In this document: one piece after another, positions 16,205 to 26,850 of the stretch
Numbering within the stretch: position 1 is the stretch's first letter
How the letters are laid out: each line of letters opens with the position of its first letter
Virus record (IMG/VR): IMGVR_UViG_3300014205_000175
Span: 1-64,000 of that record
Length of the DNA stretch: 64,000 nt
DNA from: a virus
Lineage: Duplodnaviria; Caudoviricetes
Reading direction: 5' to 3' (one strand)
Translations under genes and position numbers: made by a program
The notes under the pieces: generated by a model
The model's database searches: none
Told to the model about the DNA's origin: nothing
The model's input: only the letters and a program-made list of their open reading frames with translations

Positions 16205-18877
16205 TTAGCTATTTACATCATCGAGCGAGACATCATCCTTACCACCCATTGCAGCAAAGTCATCCGTCACGTCGTCCATTCCCATATCGTCACCACCTGC
16301 ATCATCTTCATCACTGGAGCTGTCGTCTATAGTGTCTGTATCATCGCTACCGTAGTCACTGGAACTATCCGTATCGGGACCGGTACCGTTGACGTCCAGG
16401 TCTTCAACGTCCTGATCTGCGGCAGCTTTAGTAGCTTGCATCTTCTCGATGAACTTCAAGCTGCTGCGGATCACGCCCTGGATGTGTTCCTTGGACATGT
16501 CGTAGATATCGAGTACCGGCAAGCCATCGTCATCCATGCTGATAACATCACCGAGTTCAACCATATAGCCATTTTCAGCCATCCACTTACGCAGGAAATG
16601 CGCTTTGAGGCTGGCCTTGATCGCATCGACACTATTGGAGAATTCACCAGCGATCTCGGGGGTGATGAATTCACTTGACACCCAATATTCGAGCGTCTTA
16701 TCGAGTGCTTCGACATATTGATCGAATGCAGCCGTCTGAGTCTCAACGGTCGTGATGTCGGGTTTCGGTAGTGACAGCTCGATATATAGCGAGAACTTAT
16801 CGATCATGTATTCGAGGAACTTCCCCTCGTCCACATCACGCATTTGGCGTTCTTCTTGGCTGATGTATTTATCCAGACTCGCGAGGTTTTCCTTTAGTAC
16901 TTGAAGGATCTCGGATCTGAGCGTATAGTCGTTGATGATGAGCTTTTTGACATAATCGGTCAAGAGCGGGGTGAACTGCTCTTGGATCTGCATGACGCGC
17001 TTGGACAGTAGAATGTTGTTCGATACCACAGTCGTTGCGAACTCGCTGCTGAAACCGTTATCCACCGTTTCAGGACTCAGCCCTAATGCCATGATGGTTT
17101 GTTTGCGTAGGTTCTCTTCGAGCTCGCTATCGGGTACTTGATGTTGAAAGCTTTTCGATTCGAAGTCAAACTTCGTCGACGGCAATCCAGGATGGCCTTC
17201 GAACGTAAATTCAAACCCTGCTCTTTGAACCCAATCGACTAGATCGGTCGGGGTGTTGATGCCGAGCGGGAAGTACTGCTGACGCATCTTCATCACTTCA
17301 TTGACCGACATCTCGATGGTTTTTTGCGGATCAGGATCATTCGGGTCGAGGGTCATGTTGACTTTGGTGATGTTGATCGAGTTCTTCGCCGTAGCCATAA
17401 CTTTAGCGAAGAGCAAAATCGCCCGCAGACTCGTCAGTACTTTTAGATCATCGAGCAGCGATTTACCCGTACCGTTGTTGTTGTATTTAAGGGCGAAGTA
17501 GGTTACGAGCTCAGCCGGCATATAGAGGAGTCGCGTATATTGACCCGAAAGAGTACGTGCCATCATGATCTGATACACGTCGGTGCGCCGTGCGATCTCT
17601 AGCTTCGAGCCATGCGCGCCGTTTTTCAAGCGATTGACCAGATCCGACTCGATGATGCCCATATACACTTGGGCTTTGTCGGTGAGGTTGAGGTTCTTAC
17701 GCGTTTGCCCCATCAGGTTATAGGTGGCTTTTTGCGTCAACATGCTAGCGACTTGGTTGGTATGATCCGACATCGCTGAGTTCATGTTGCCGATCGCATC
17801 GCGACTCGCTTCGTACGTAATCGGGTTACCTTCTTCATCGAGGATCACGAAATAGCCGACGTGCGATTTCGGATCTCCCGGCACATATACCGGAATGATC
17901 GACTCGGTCGGAATCTTCAGTTCTAGTGGTCGACCGATCGAGCGACGGCGCGTCTGGTCACGGGTCTTAAACGCGACGAAGGGTTTTTCTTTGATGTCCA
18001 CCCGGCGAAAGAACATGTTCTCGATTTCTTGATTCGTGAACTTAGTCTCGTGCGATTCGGTGCTGTGACGATGGATCACGGAATTCATCTGGCTCGAACG
18101 CATGCGTCGGATGACACTCGGCAGCTTCAGGTATTTAAAGTTATCGGTGACTTCGACGAGATCGGCCATTTTCTTTTGCTGTACTGAACTAGCGTCCGGA
18201 ACATGAAGTCCGGGGCGATAGTCCGCTGTAGCGATACTGCGCGTGAGGCTTTCCAGCGTAATTTTTTTGCTGCCTCCAGTCGGGTTACCGAGAATCCCGA
18301 GGCTATCGGAATTTAGCACTTCACTGAGGCTCTCGGTTGACGGGTAGATATTAGAGTTGATCACCTCATCGATCGAACTCTCGGGAATCACCGCTTTAAC
18401 ATAGCTACCAGAAATAAACAAGCACTCGCGCAAAATATCCGGCAGCACGGTTTTGAGCTTGTAATATTGGGTGAGATTTTTCTCTAGCAGCTTAGTTAAT
18501 TGCATCGCGACATCGGCCGGCAACACCGCTTCCGACATCCTATAAATAATGTCGCTGTTGACCATATCTTTTGGTGATAAAATCGAGCTGATCAGGATCT
18601 GAGCAGCTAACTCCATATCCGGAAATAGCTGCATGATGTTCTCGCTATCATGCATGCGCTCGGAGATCGTATCCGCTACAGAGCGAAACGATGAGGTATC
18701 TAGGTTATAGAAACTGTTGGGGTTAGCGACATCGAACTCTTTGGCGTGTTGATTTTTGACGAGTTTACTGATGATCGCAGCATTGTCGACGTTGCGGTTC
18801 ACGAGCTGCAAAGCCGGGAACTTCTTGCCGCTGTTGATGTGCTGGATGACTCTTTTGAAACTTTCTTGGCTGCTCAC
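16205..18877 (-). CDS. Virion protein, probable portal (phiKZ gp129-like)
   Basis: 890 aa. LFPD.ELA.QILISSILSPKDM, GYFV.LDE.GNP, YN.NGTGKSL and an acidic tail. Divergent from the next structural gene as in phiKZ-like phages. Confidence 0.6.
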   Translation of the reverse strand: MSSQESFKRVIQHINSGKKFPALQLVNRNVDNAAIISKLVKNQHAKEFDVANPNSFYNLDTSSFRSVADTISERMHDSENIMQLFPDMELAAQILISSILSPKDMVNSDIIYRMSEAVLPADVAMQLTKLLEKNLTQYYKLKTVLPDILRECLFISGSYVKAVIPESSIDEVINSNIYPSTESLSEVLNSDSLGILGNPTGGSKKITLESLTRSIATADYRPGLHVPDASSVQQKKMADLVEVTDNFKYLKLPSVIRRMRSSQMNSVIHRHSTESHETKFTNQEIENMFFRRVDIKEKPFVAFKTRDQTRRRSIGRPLELKIPTESIIPVYVPGDPKSHVGYFVILDEEGNPITYEASRDAIGNMNSAMSDHTNQVASMLTQKATYNLMGQTRKNLNLTDKAQVYMGIIESDLVNRLKNGAHGSKLEIARRTDVYQIMMARTLSGQYTRLLYMPAELVTYFALKYNNNGTGKSLLDDLKVLTSLRAILLFAKVMATAKNSINITKVNMTLDPNDPDPQKTIEMSVNEVMKMRQQYFPLGINTPTDLVDWVQRAGFEFTFEGHPGLPSTKFDFESKSFQHQVPDSELEENLRKQTIMALGLSPETVDNGFSSEFATTVVSNNILLSKRVMQIQEQFTPLLTDYVKKLIINDYTLRSEILQVLKENLASLDKYISQEERQMRDVDEGKFLEYMIDKFSLYIELSLPKPDITTVETQTAAFDQYVEALDKTLEYWVSSEFITPEIAGEFSNSVDAIKASLKAHFLRKWMAENGYMVELGDVISMDDDGLPVLDIYDMSKEHIQGVIRSSLKFIEKMQATKAAADQDVEDLDVNGTGPDTDSSSDYGSDDTDTIDDSSSDEDDAGGDDMGMDDVTDDFAAMGGKDDVSLDDVNS

Positions 18878-18909
18878 GATAGCTGCCTCCTTAGCTGGGG
18901 AATCCGTTT

Positions 18910-21273
18910 ATGTTGGAAGAGTATTACAAGCTATATCTGGCAGACACGTTAAAGCTCGTACAGCTCTTAGCGGTCAAGCATTCAGATACGGCAACTTTGC
19001 AAAATGAGTTTGTCATGATTCGACATGGCCGTGAAGCCGTCGATCAAGACCATCCGGAAACATGGAAATACTATCTCAATCTGTCAGGACAGTATCATTT
19101 TGACGATACCGAGATGCGAATTTTCTCACTAGATACTGCCGAGGAAATAACATTTAACCGAGAAAATCTAGAGTTACATAGCGAAACCCGGCGCGTCTAC
19201 CGTACCCTAGGGGTACAGTATCACAACCTCGTCAATCGCTTTTCTGGACAGGAGATGCTGATCCGTGGAATATTGTTCCCGGCAGATATTACCACGGCAA
19301 TAGCGGCTGAGGATGGCACTATTCTAACGTATCCTACTGAACTCATTGAAGCACAAGAGATTACGCTCTTACACGACTTGGAAGCGTGGATCAAGAATTA
19401 TCTTGTCAGATGGCATATCGCTGCTTTCATGACGACAGATACCCTTTATCCTGCCAGTTACCAAGCGGTGCTGTATCTGAACATGTTGCCGCGCTTACTT
19501 AATTTGCGACTAGCACGAGCACGCACGGGTGAAGCACATAGTTTTCATATTCGTGCTTATCTCGCTTCTCACGGAGCATTAGATCGCTATTTTGACTATC
19601 TCATACCCGAACAACGTCTGTGGCTATATCGTAACATTCTCTATATCGAGACTCACTCTGGCATCAAACAAGATTTTAAAGCACTGATGTATTATCTACT
19701 CAGTCTGCGTAAGATCCCGTTATCAGAATACACTGCGCGTCAGTATGAAGGCTACGATGATGACTATTACGCTAATTATCATTATCGCAAGAATCCCCTC
19801 AACACTCCCTACAACATCCCCGGTAAAGACTACTACACGCTAGACGATATGCGGCATAAAGAAGCACTGATGGCGCCGTATAATGCCGAGTATTGGGAAG
19901 AGCAGTTTTTTAAAATTGAGAAGTCGTTTCAGAATTCAGGTAACGCGGTGATGCTTACCAAAGATCTGGAATCGACTATGTACGACTATGTTGATAGCGT
20001 ACCTCATCCGCTACCTACGGTGGTAGCTAATGAATGGGCGCACCATAGCTATCACGGTACATTTAAATCCCTTGTTAGTTTCAAACATCCGCATAAATCT
20101 ACCACTTACACTACTACTACTGATGTAGCTTACGTGTATATGGTGTATCTGACGCTACAGTTAGCTGGTATCGAATTACAAAAGTTACCGATAATGCATG
20201 CGGCGGGAGTATTGCGTCATCCGCCTCCCGATATAGCTGAACTTGTCGACGTTAGTGGTTTGGCTATGATGGAGAGCATAGATATAGCTGGAAGGCTTTT
20301 ACAAGGCGTTCACGGGGTTTCTAGGTTCTACTCTATACACGGCTTTGCCCAGCATACGCAAGCGCTCTACAGGGCTAGAATAGGTCATTGGATACTGGTA
20401 GCTAATACTCACGGCCTCAACGCACGTGCTTACATACAAGGTATGATTAACCGTTTATTCCAAGATGAAGTATTGGATTTTAACGTCACTTTAAATCCGG
20501 CTGGTCTGGGAATGCAGCAATGGCTCCAGGAGCAAAATCTTCCCACCGAACGATTTACGACAGTTGAAACGATGGATCTCATCACGCTACTGTTTAATCA
20601 ATCGACCGGTTATGGTATTGATAAAACATTAGTGCTAGCAAATATTCAGCGCACGATGGTTGCCATTATGAAACAGCTATCGAGTTACAGCGTGCAGTAT
20701 TTGCATAACATTACCGACAGCAATATCCGGCCGATTAACTGGACCAGTGCTCGTGTTGGCAATATTCAAACTGGCAGTGATTCGAGTACTCCGGTAGAGA
20801 GTATCCCTGGCTTGGTTGTCACTCCAGGTTACTATGGTTCTGATAGCGAACCAGATCCTGATGTTGATCCTGATCCCGATCCGGACCCCGATCCCGACCC
20901 GGACCCCGATCCTGATCCCGGTTCTGAAACTGAACCAGGCACCATTCCTATCAATCCCAGTAGCCCCATGGGTATTGAAAGATATCATGACTCACACATC
21001 GATGCAAGTCGCAGATTCTCTAGAGGTATTACACGCCTGCATTTCGATATCGATACAGTTGTGAAAAACTTTTCCGATTTGAAAACTGCGTCTGAGGCGC
21101 ACACTGTGGTTCATGAGTTAGGTATTATCGTGACCACTGAACGCAAAATCACTGCTGATATAACGGTTAATTTTAAAAACATGCACATCAAGGTATCTTT
21201 TGGTGACCAGCCCATGACTAGCTGGATGACACAGACTCTCACTCAAGACCAGCTCCAACAACTGATTATTTAA
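18910..21273 (+). CDS. Virion structural protein (probable baseplate)
   Basis: 787 aa. P.TWKYYLNLSG.YH..D, HSFH...YL.SH, Q.L.LYRN..YI and LSSYSVQ motifs recalled from phiKZ-like virion proteins. Confidence 0.65.
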   Translation: MLEEYYKLYLADTLKLVQLLAVKHSDTATLQNEFVMIRHGREAVDQDHPETWKYYLNLSGQYHFDDTEMRIFSLDTAEEITFNRENLELHSETRRVYRTLGVQYHNLVNRFSGQEMLIRGILFPADITTAIAAEDGTILTYPTELIEAQEITLLHDLEAWIKNYLVRWHIAAFMTTDTLYPASYQAVLYLNMLPRLLNLRLARARTGEAHSFHIRAYLASHGALDRYFDYLIPEQRLWLYRNILYIETHSGIKQDFKALMYYLLSLRKIPLSEYTARQYEGYDDDYYANYHYRKNPLNTPYNIPGKDYYTLDDMRHKEALMAPYNAEYWEEQFFKIEKSFQNSGNAVMLTKDLESTMYDYVDSVPHPLPTVVANEWAHHSYHGTFKSLVSFKHPHKSTTYTTTTDVAYVYMVYLTLQLAGIELQKLPIMHAAGVLRHPPPDIAELVDVSGLAMMESIDIAGRLLQGVHGVSRFYSIHGFAQHTQALYRARIGHWILVANTHGLNARAYIQGMINRLFQDEVLDFNVTLNPAGLGMQQWLQEQNLPTERFTTVETMDLITLLFNQSTGYGIDKTLVLANIQRTMVAIMKQLSSYSVQYLHNITDSNIRPINWTSARVGNIQTGSDSSTPVESIPGLVVTPGYYGSDSEPDPDVDPDPDPDPDPDPDPDPDPGSETEPGTIPINPSSPMGIERYHDSHIDASRRFSRGITRLHFDIDTVVKNFSDLKTASEAHTVVHELGIIVTTERKITADITVNFKNMHIKVSFGDQPMTSWMTQTLTQDQLQQLII
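20848..20922 (+). repeat. (Asp-Pro)n coding repeat
   Basis: EPDPDVDPDPDPDPDPDPDPDPDPG encoded by ga(t/c)ccN hexamers. Confidence 0.9.
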
Positions 21274-21281
21274 GGAAAAAC

Positions 21282-22115
21282 ATGGAACCTATTGTCCGTA
21301 CTATTCACGGGGCATATCTGCAAACGTGCCAGATCCTCAACTTACCGTTTGTCGCCAAAGCCCATAGCACGCTTAACGAGAAGTTTCTCGTGCATCAGGA
21401 TATTGAACTTACGCAGACCGAAATGCCATATGTGCATTATGTCGCAATCGGTAACGGCGGTCATCGTTTTACTACGGGTGCTGATGGTATCTCGAAACCT
21501 GATCCAGTGCAGCATTTGCCCAAACACGGGTCGCTCTATAATCATCTACCTTTCATCCTGCGTCCACTTGACAACGATCTGACTGCAGCTCAGCGTAGTC
21601 GTTATCGCATGCGTCGTATCGAAGAGCACAACGGCGTGCGTCACGCAGCGTATTATCTACGAGTACTTGATCTTTCTAATACCGTACCGCAGTTAGAGCT
21701 GCGGGAAGTCGATGCGGCTACAATCACCACAACACCTTACGTGTCAACAATCACAGATTTGAACCCTACTCCACCCGCTGTCGAACCCGGCATGGTGCTA
21801 ACCACTACGGGTAATTATATTGCTGCCACGGCGAAAGTATATTTCAGTCTGGATGAGTGGGAGATTAATGAGTTTTTGGCAGCGTGTAATATCGTCTATG
21901 GTGATGATCGCTACGGTATCATCTCAGAAGTAGCGCTATGTTCAGGTGTGGATCGTAGTGTAACCGGTGAGTTTTCTAACATGGTATCGGGTTATATCGA
22001 TGCCGTAGCAGTACAGGTGACGAGTTTCCTGAATGTTTTCCATGCAGCGAAGTTCACTAACACTGGCATCACATTGACGCTTGATATCGGTAGTGTAGAA
22101 CCACTGCTGTTCTAA
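21282..22115 (+). CDS. Virion structural protein
   Basis: STLNEKF, YVAIGNGGH, PFILR...NDL...R..YR.R, AYYL, ISEVALCSGVD. Confidence 0.7.
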   Translation: MEPIVRTIHGAYLQTCQILNLPFVAKAHSTLNEKFLVHQDIELTQTEMPYVHYVAIGNGGHRFTTGADGISKPDPVQHLPKHGSLYNHLPFILRPLDNDLTAAQRSRYRMRRIEEHNGVRHAAYYLRVLDLSNTVPQLELREVDAATITTTPYVSTITDLNPTPPAVEPGMVLTTTGNYIAATAKVYFSLDEWEINEFLAACNIVYGDDRYGIISEVALCSGVDRSVTGEFSNMVSGYIDAVAVQVTSFLNVFHAAKFTNTGITLTLDIGSVEPLLF

Positions 22116-22123
22116 TACTAACC

Positions 22124-22160
22124 ATCTACAGAGAAGCTCCACGAGGGCTTCTCTGTAGAT
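22124..22160. terminator. 16-bp hairpin
   Basis: ATCTACAGAGAAGCTC-CACGA-GGGCTTCTCTGTAGAT. Confidence 0.6.
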
Positions 22161-22207
22161 ATTAATTACCCTTTACACATCCTGTGACAAGAATCCAGGA
22201 GATACAA

Positions 22208-22768
22208 ATGAATAACAGTTTAGTGAGACTAATGGGCTTAGACCCTGGTAGTAATCACTGTGGTGTAGCGGTGATAGAATTTGATTACACGAACCTACAG
22301 CTTTATCGTGTTACTGGCACTACGCTCGAAGCAGCCAAGATCAAAATCCCGCTGGCTCAAGATCTAGTCGAGACGCATGGGGAGCGTTATGTTAAAACAT
22401 TTAGCATGGGTCAAGCACTCAAAGGGTTGTTAGAGTACTATGACCCACAACAGGTATGTTGTGAGTCGCCTTTTTACCACCGTCTACACCCAGGTGCTTT
22501 TGCACCTCTCGTGGAATCAGTGTATGCGCTACGTAATGCCGTAGCAGCTTTTAATCCGCTGATACCATTTACTACCTACGAACCACTAGTTATCAAGAAA
22601 ATCATGTCAGGTAAGGCTTTCGCAGATAAGGATCTTATGCGTACGAGTCTACTTAACAACAGTGAGATCACAGCAGTATTAGAAGTACCGGTTAGTCAAC
22701 TCAGTGAACACGCCATCGATGCGATTGCCATCGCATGGACACACTTACAACTAGCTTTTAAGAGGTGA
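22208..22768 (+). CDS. ruvC: RuvC-like Holliday junction resolvase
   Basis: LMGLDPGS..CGVAV, CESPF, P..IKK...GK.ADK, EHAIDAIAIA. AGGAG RBS and ATCCTGTGA upstream. Confidence 0.85.
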   Translation: MNNSLVRLMGLDPGSNHCGVAVIEFDYTNLQLYRVTGTTLEAAKIKIPLAQDLVETHGERYVKTFSMGQALKGLLEYYDPQQVCCESPFYHRLHPGAFAPLVESVYALRNAVAAFNPLIPFTTYEPLVIKKIMSGKAFADKDLMRTSLLNNSEITAVLEVPVSQLSEHAIDAIAIAWTHLQLAFKR

Positions 22769-22774
22769 ACAAAA

Positions 22775-23254
22775 ATGATGCAAGCCGCAGGACGTTATCT
22801 GGTACTAGGACTACTGACATTGCTAGCGATCATCGTGCTACCGAATATCGAACAACTCCAGGAAAAACTTGGATTCGATACCCGCGCTTCACTCAAACAG
22901 TCCCAACAACATCTCGAAGATTCGTTACAGCAAGTAGCTGAAACCAACCAACGCAACCTTGAGACCCAGCAACGCATCGAAGCTGACAAAAAGATAGCTG
23001 ATACAGCAACCGCAGAGGTAGTGGTTAAAAACACTGAGGTCGATAAACAACTGGTAGTCGTTTTGGAAAAACGCGATCGAACACTACGTAAGATCAAAAC
23101 TCCGCCACCGAATGCGATCAGCACAACGGAAAAAACTGAGACACCACCAACGGCTAACCTCGTTCAGGTAGACATGGATGCAGTCAACCAAGCATCGGAA
23201 GCCAATATTTCAGCTTTATGGGAGATCTACGATGCTAACAAAGGAGATGTTTAA
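22775..23254 (+). CDS. Candidate i-spanin (Rz-like)
   Basis: One N-terminal TM helix followed by a coiled coil. Immediately upstream of a lipoprotein gene. Confidence 0.6.
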   Translation: MMQAAGRYLVLGLLTLLAIIVLPNIEQLQEKLGFDTRASLKQSQQHLEDSLQQVAETNQRNLETQQRIEADKKIADTATAEVVVKNTEVDKQLVVVLEKRDRTLRKIKTPPPNAISTTEKTETPPTANLVQVDMDAVNQASEANISALWEIYDANKGDV

Positions 23255-23255
23255 A

Positions 23256-23537
23256 ATGCGTTTATTTTCTATGCTGGTGTTTTCAGCAGTCTTGTCGGGC
23301 TGTGCTTCTTTTAGTGAACCGATAGTAACTACCGAAACGGTTTACGTCAAGCAAGATATTCCGGCTACCCTGATGACAGCTACACCGCTACCACCTCCGC
23401 CTGATCGAACAGAGTATATGTCATATGACTGTATCGGTCGAGAAACGATGCTGACTAACTATACGGCACAGCTAATGGTACTTGTCGTACAAAGTAACAA
23501 TAAGCTTACCAGCATTCGCAAACTGGTGACGCAATGA
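23256..23537 (+). CDS. Candidate o-spanin lipoprotein (Rz1-like)
   Basis: MRLFSMLVFSAVLSG-C lipobox, Pro-rich IPATLMTATPLPPPP, C-terminal helix. Confidence 0.65.
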   Translation: MRLFSMLVFSAVLSGCASFSEPIVTTETVYVKQDIPATLMTATPLPPPPDRTEYMSYDCIGRETMLTNYTAQLMVLVVQSNNKLTSIRKLVTQ

Positions 23538-23923
23538 GTTGGGCATATCTACATAAACTACTCACGCAAGGCGATGCCCAGCCCGAAGAGGGTGACCGAT
23601 ATTACCGCATGGTGTTAAAGAACTTCGATAGCTTCGATGAGAATATCCGTTTATTAATTGCTGAGAAGATCATCCGTCACGCTCAGGACACCGGTAACGA
23701 GGGTCTGACTCCCGGATATATGCCTGGTACTGATGGCAGCATGGCTATAGATGAAGCGGATAACCGTGAGCTCAAGAAGTGGTTATTTAAGTTTCTAACC
23801 GTATTCTCAATGGGTTGTGTGGCATTATATCTAATGCTGGCACAGGTTATTGACTACGTTAAAAACGGTAACAGTAGCTTCTTGGAAGTTATCAAGGTGC
23901 TGCGAGTGATCATCGGTATTTAA
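23534..23923 (+). CDS. Membrane protein
   Basis: C-terminal TM segment. ATGA overlap with the o-spanin candidate. Confidence 0.65.
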   Translation: MSWAYLHKLLTQGDAQPEEGDRYYRMVLKNFDSFDENIRLLIAEKIIRHAQDTGNEGLTPGYMPGTDGSMAIDEADNRELKKWLFKFLTVFSMGCVALYLMLAQVIDYVKNGNSSFLEVIKVLRVIIGI

Positions 23924-23939
23924 ACATGATTGCAGATAT

Positions 23940-23975
23940 AGACAGCGAGGGCTCCGTGGGGAGCCCTCGCTGTCT
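23940..23975. terminator. 16-bp hairpin between convergent genes
   Basis: AGACAGCGAGGGCTCC-GTGG-GGAGCCCTCGCTGTCT. Confidence 0.7.
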
Positions 23976-23997
23976 GGTACTTACCTAGTGGTTACTA

Positions 23998-24606
23998 CTA
24001 AACGGTTACCGGTGTATTAATACTGGCAGTCTCAGGCCAACCAGCATAGATGTCGATGGCTTGGAGTGCTTCGATATCAGCTGCACTATCGATAGCTTCT
24101 GCCAGTGCACGCTCACGACTAAAGCAGGTCTGCACATGACTACCCACGGCAGATGCCAAAGCGATGATGGTAGCGCGATCGATCGCCGTCCAGCCCTCAG
24201 CACTCTTCCAGTTGACCACGGCCGCCGGATCAATGTCCGAAAAAGTCTTGGCGCCGGTAACAGTCGCTTGCGACTCACGATCAGTGCGAACCACTGAACC
24301 GCCGATTACCAGACCATCGGTTTCGATCTGATAACGATGTGCAGCTAACCGTGTTTTGATATCCTTACGAATGTCATCAAGATCGCGCGGCACTAGCGTC
24401 CAGTCGAGCTTATAAGTGTGCGGCATATCCCCCGACACCACCCCAGCTTCTTCGATCGTGTAGTAAGTACGATCATAAGCAATAGGTAGAATGCTAAACG
24501 GATACCAGCCCTTAGCTGCAGCGGTCTCAGCAGTAGCGCCATAACGCCGATACAGAATCGACTCGTTGATGCGTTGTTGCGTAGTAGGATTGTAGAAATA
24601 CAGCAT
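23998..24606 (-). CDS. DUF4376-like tail-fibre-associated protein
   Basis: LAAHRYQIETDG...TDRESQ...WK...W...HVQ.CF..E..L...I. Lies downstream of a fibre gene. Confidence 0.75.
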   Translation of the reverse strand: MLYFYNPTTQQRINESILYRRYGATAETAAAKGWYPFSILPIAYDRTYYTIEEAGVVSGDMPHTYKLDWTLVPRDLDDIRKDIKTRLAAHRYQIETDGLVIGGSVVRTDRESQATVTGAKTFSDIDPAAVVNWKSAEGWTAIDRATIIALASAVGSHVQTCFSRERALAEAIDSAADIEALQAIDIYAGWPETASINTPVTV

Positions 24607-24633
24607 GAGAAAAGCTCCTAGAAAAAGAGAAGG

Positions 24634-26751
24634 TTAGTATTCCGAAAAATATCGGGTAAGTGTGGGTGTTGTAACAGCTAAGGTAGGTGTCGTAATTTGT
24701 AATGAACTGGTGCCCGAAGTACCTGAAGGCGTAACACTGGATTCTGTTGGTGTTGAACCCGATCCTCCACCAGTATCCCATGACAGTCCTGTCATATTGA
24801 TACCAGTAAGGGCACCTAACGCTATATCGCCTGAAGACGGTATGCAACTTATGAGGGCACCTGAGACACCGTCTGCTTGAGTTCCTTGATCTCCTACCGC
24901 ATAGACGGCAATACCATTTGGCGATGCTGCAACTCCAGTGAAAGAGTTCTCTTCATCATCAGCAATATCGCCTAAATTATAATTATAATCCCATAATGAG
25001 TCACCAGTACTGTCCCAACAAGTAACATATGTTTTATTGTATGTCTGAGGGTCATACTGCCCTACTATATAGATAGCTGCACCATCAGGCGATATTGCAA
25101 CACCCCATAGATAATCATTGCCATTAGAATGACCTATCGAGCGTTGCCATGCTCTAGTACCGCTAGTATCCCATTTGGTGACATAGCCATTAATATCACT
25201 GCCTCCTAATCTATTGACATGTCCAACTGCGTATATCGCCGCACCATCTGGCGATATGGCAACATCGTAAAATCTACTGGTGTTACCTGATGCGGTTCGC
25301 GACCATATAAGACTGCCAGTATTACCCCACCGCGCAATATAGTAACCACCAGGAGGATAAATTCCTACTGTATAAATGGCAGCACCATCCGGCGACACTG
25401 CAACATTTCTCCACTCATTAGCGGTATTGGCATATGCTATCGAGCGTTGCCATATGAGGGCACCGGAAGCATCCCAGCGAGTGGTAAATGCTGCACCATA
25501 ACCTAATGTTTGAGAAGACTGATATCCTACTGCATAGATAGCTGTGTTGTCCGGTGATATATCGACCCCATAAAAGCGATCATCTCCAGTACCTCCTATC
25601 GCGCGCTGCCACACAAGACTACCGTCAGTATTCCAGCGAGTGATATAAGCATCACAACTACCGGCGGTCTGAGAATACTGACGTCCTACCGCATATATTG
25701 CTACACCGTCAGACGAAATAACGATATCCTCGAAATAGCTTGTGCTACTTCCATCTAGCGAACGCTGCCATACTAGAACACCGTTAATATCCCAACGAGT
25801 AATATATGCATCTGGTTGATCTGCGGTTTGAGAGGACTGGTACCCTACTGCATAGATAGCATTACCGTCAGGTGACACAGCGACTTTTGTAAAACAATCG
25901 GTAGAAGCGCTGTCCGCATTAGCTACCCAACCTTGAAATTCATAAGTGGTGAAAGCTACTGTTGCAGACCATGCCGACCATCCATATATCGCGCTATGAT
26001 GTCGAACACGCGCGTAATATTGGTTGTTTTCTGCTAAATAAGCACTAGGTAACCAATTCGTAAAGTTTGCCGTCCCTTCGTAATACTGGGTGAGCGTAGC
26101 AAAGTCAGGTGTCGCAGAGATCTCCCAACGTACCTGGTCTTGCGTTTGAATATCCCCATGGAATTGAAATGCCGATGAAATAAACTCAGGTTTCATAGAC
26201 ACCCCAGTAGCGCCATTAATCGGAGTGAGGATACTTGGTGTGGCGATCGAAGCTGCAATCACCGTGACGGCAAAGGCCTTGCCGTTGACAGTAAACCCCC
26301 CTGCGCCATTAGCGGCAGGCGTGTAAGTGATGACTTCACCGTTACGTACTACGTTACCATTAGTAGCTGTAATAGTGTACGTAGTGAAACTATCGTACGT
26401 AGTAAGGGTATAGGATGTCGCCTGACCGCGAGTGGTAGTTGTAGGACCTTCGATTGTAACGCCGCTATTGACGACGGTATCGGGCAACGATGTCAGCGGT
26501 AGCTTACCCGTAGCATCCAGCAACGCGAGACCGTTAGCGCCCGTTTTAAACAGACTGAGTGCTATTTTGCTATTAGCATCCAGTCCTACAATGCCGTTGG
26601 CGATGTTAATCGTGTTGAGCCGAAGTAGGTTGAGGTTATCCGAAGCAGCTACCGCGGTGATGGCACCAGTACCACCGAGCACCACCGGCACGACGTCATC
26701 TACACCGACGTCATTATTGTAGCCGGCAGGGTTAAACATGTAACGAGGCAT
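24634..26751 (-). CDS. Tail fibre / receptor-binding protein with beta-propeller
   Basis: Start MPRYMF after AGGAG. N-terminal half parallels 861..2942. Seven VA.SPDG.AIY.VG...W...G.L.WQR blades. Confidence 0.75.
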   Translation of the reverse strand: MPRYMFNPAGYNNDVGVDDVVPVVLGGTGAITAVAASDNLNLLRLNTINIANGIVGLDANSKIALSLFKTGANGLALLDATGKLPLTSLPDTVVNSGVTIEGPTTTTRGQATSYTLTTYDSFTTYTITATNGNVVRNGEVITYTPAANGAGGFTVNGKAFAVTVIAASIATPSILTPINGATGVSMKPEFISSAFQFHGDIQTQDQVRWEISATPDFATLTQYYEGTANFTNWLPSAYLAENNQYYARVRHHSAIYGWSAWSATVAFTTYEFQGWVANADSASTDCFTKVAVSPDGNAIYAVGYQSSQTADQPDAYITRWDINGVLVWQRSLDGSSTSYFEDIVISSDGVAIYAVGRQYSQTAGSCDAYITRWNTDGSLVWQRAIGGTGDDRFYGVDISPDNTAIYAVGYQSSQTLGYGAAFTTRWDASGALIWQRSIAYANTANEWRNVAVSPDGAAIYTVGIYPPGGYYIARWGNTGSLIWSRTASGNTSRFYDVAISPDGAAIYAVGHVNRLGGSDINGYVTKWDTSGTRAWQRSIGHSNGNDYLWGVAISPDGAAIYIVGQYDPQTYNKTYVTCWDSTGDSLWDYNYNLGDIADDEENSFTGVAASPNGIAVYAVGDQGTQADGVSGALISCIPSSGDIALGALTGINMTGLSWDTGGGSGSTPTESSVTPSGTSGTSSLQITTPTLAVTTPTLTRYFSEY

Positions 26752-26804
26752 CTTAAGAACTCCTGTGAAGAAATCTCTCTGTTTCCACACGATGACAAAG
26801 TATA

Positions 26805-26840
26805 ACAGACCAAGAGCTCTATGACGAGCTCTTGGTCTGT
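26805..26840. terminator. 15-bp hairpin
   Basis: ACAGACCAAGAGCTC-TATGAC-GAGCTCTTGGTCTGT. Confidence 0.6.
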
Positions 26841-26850
26841 ATCGGGTATA

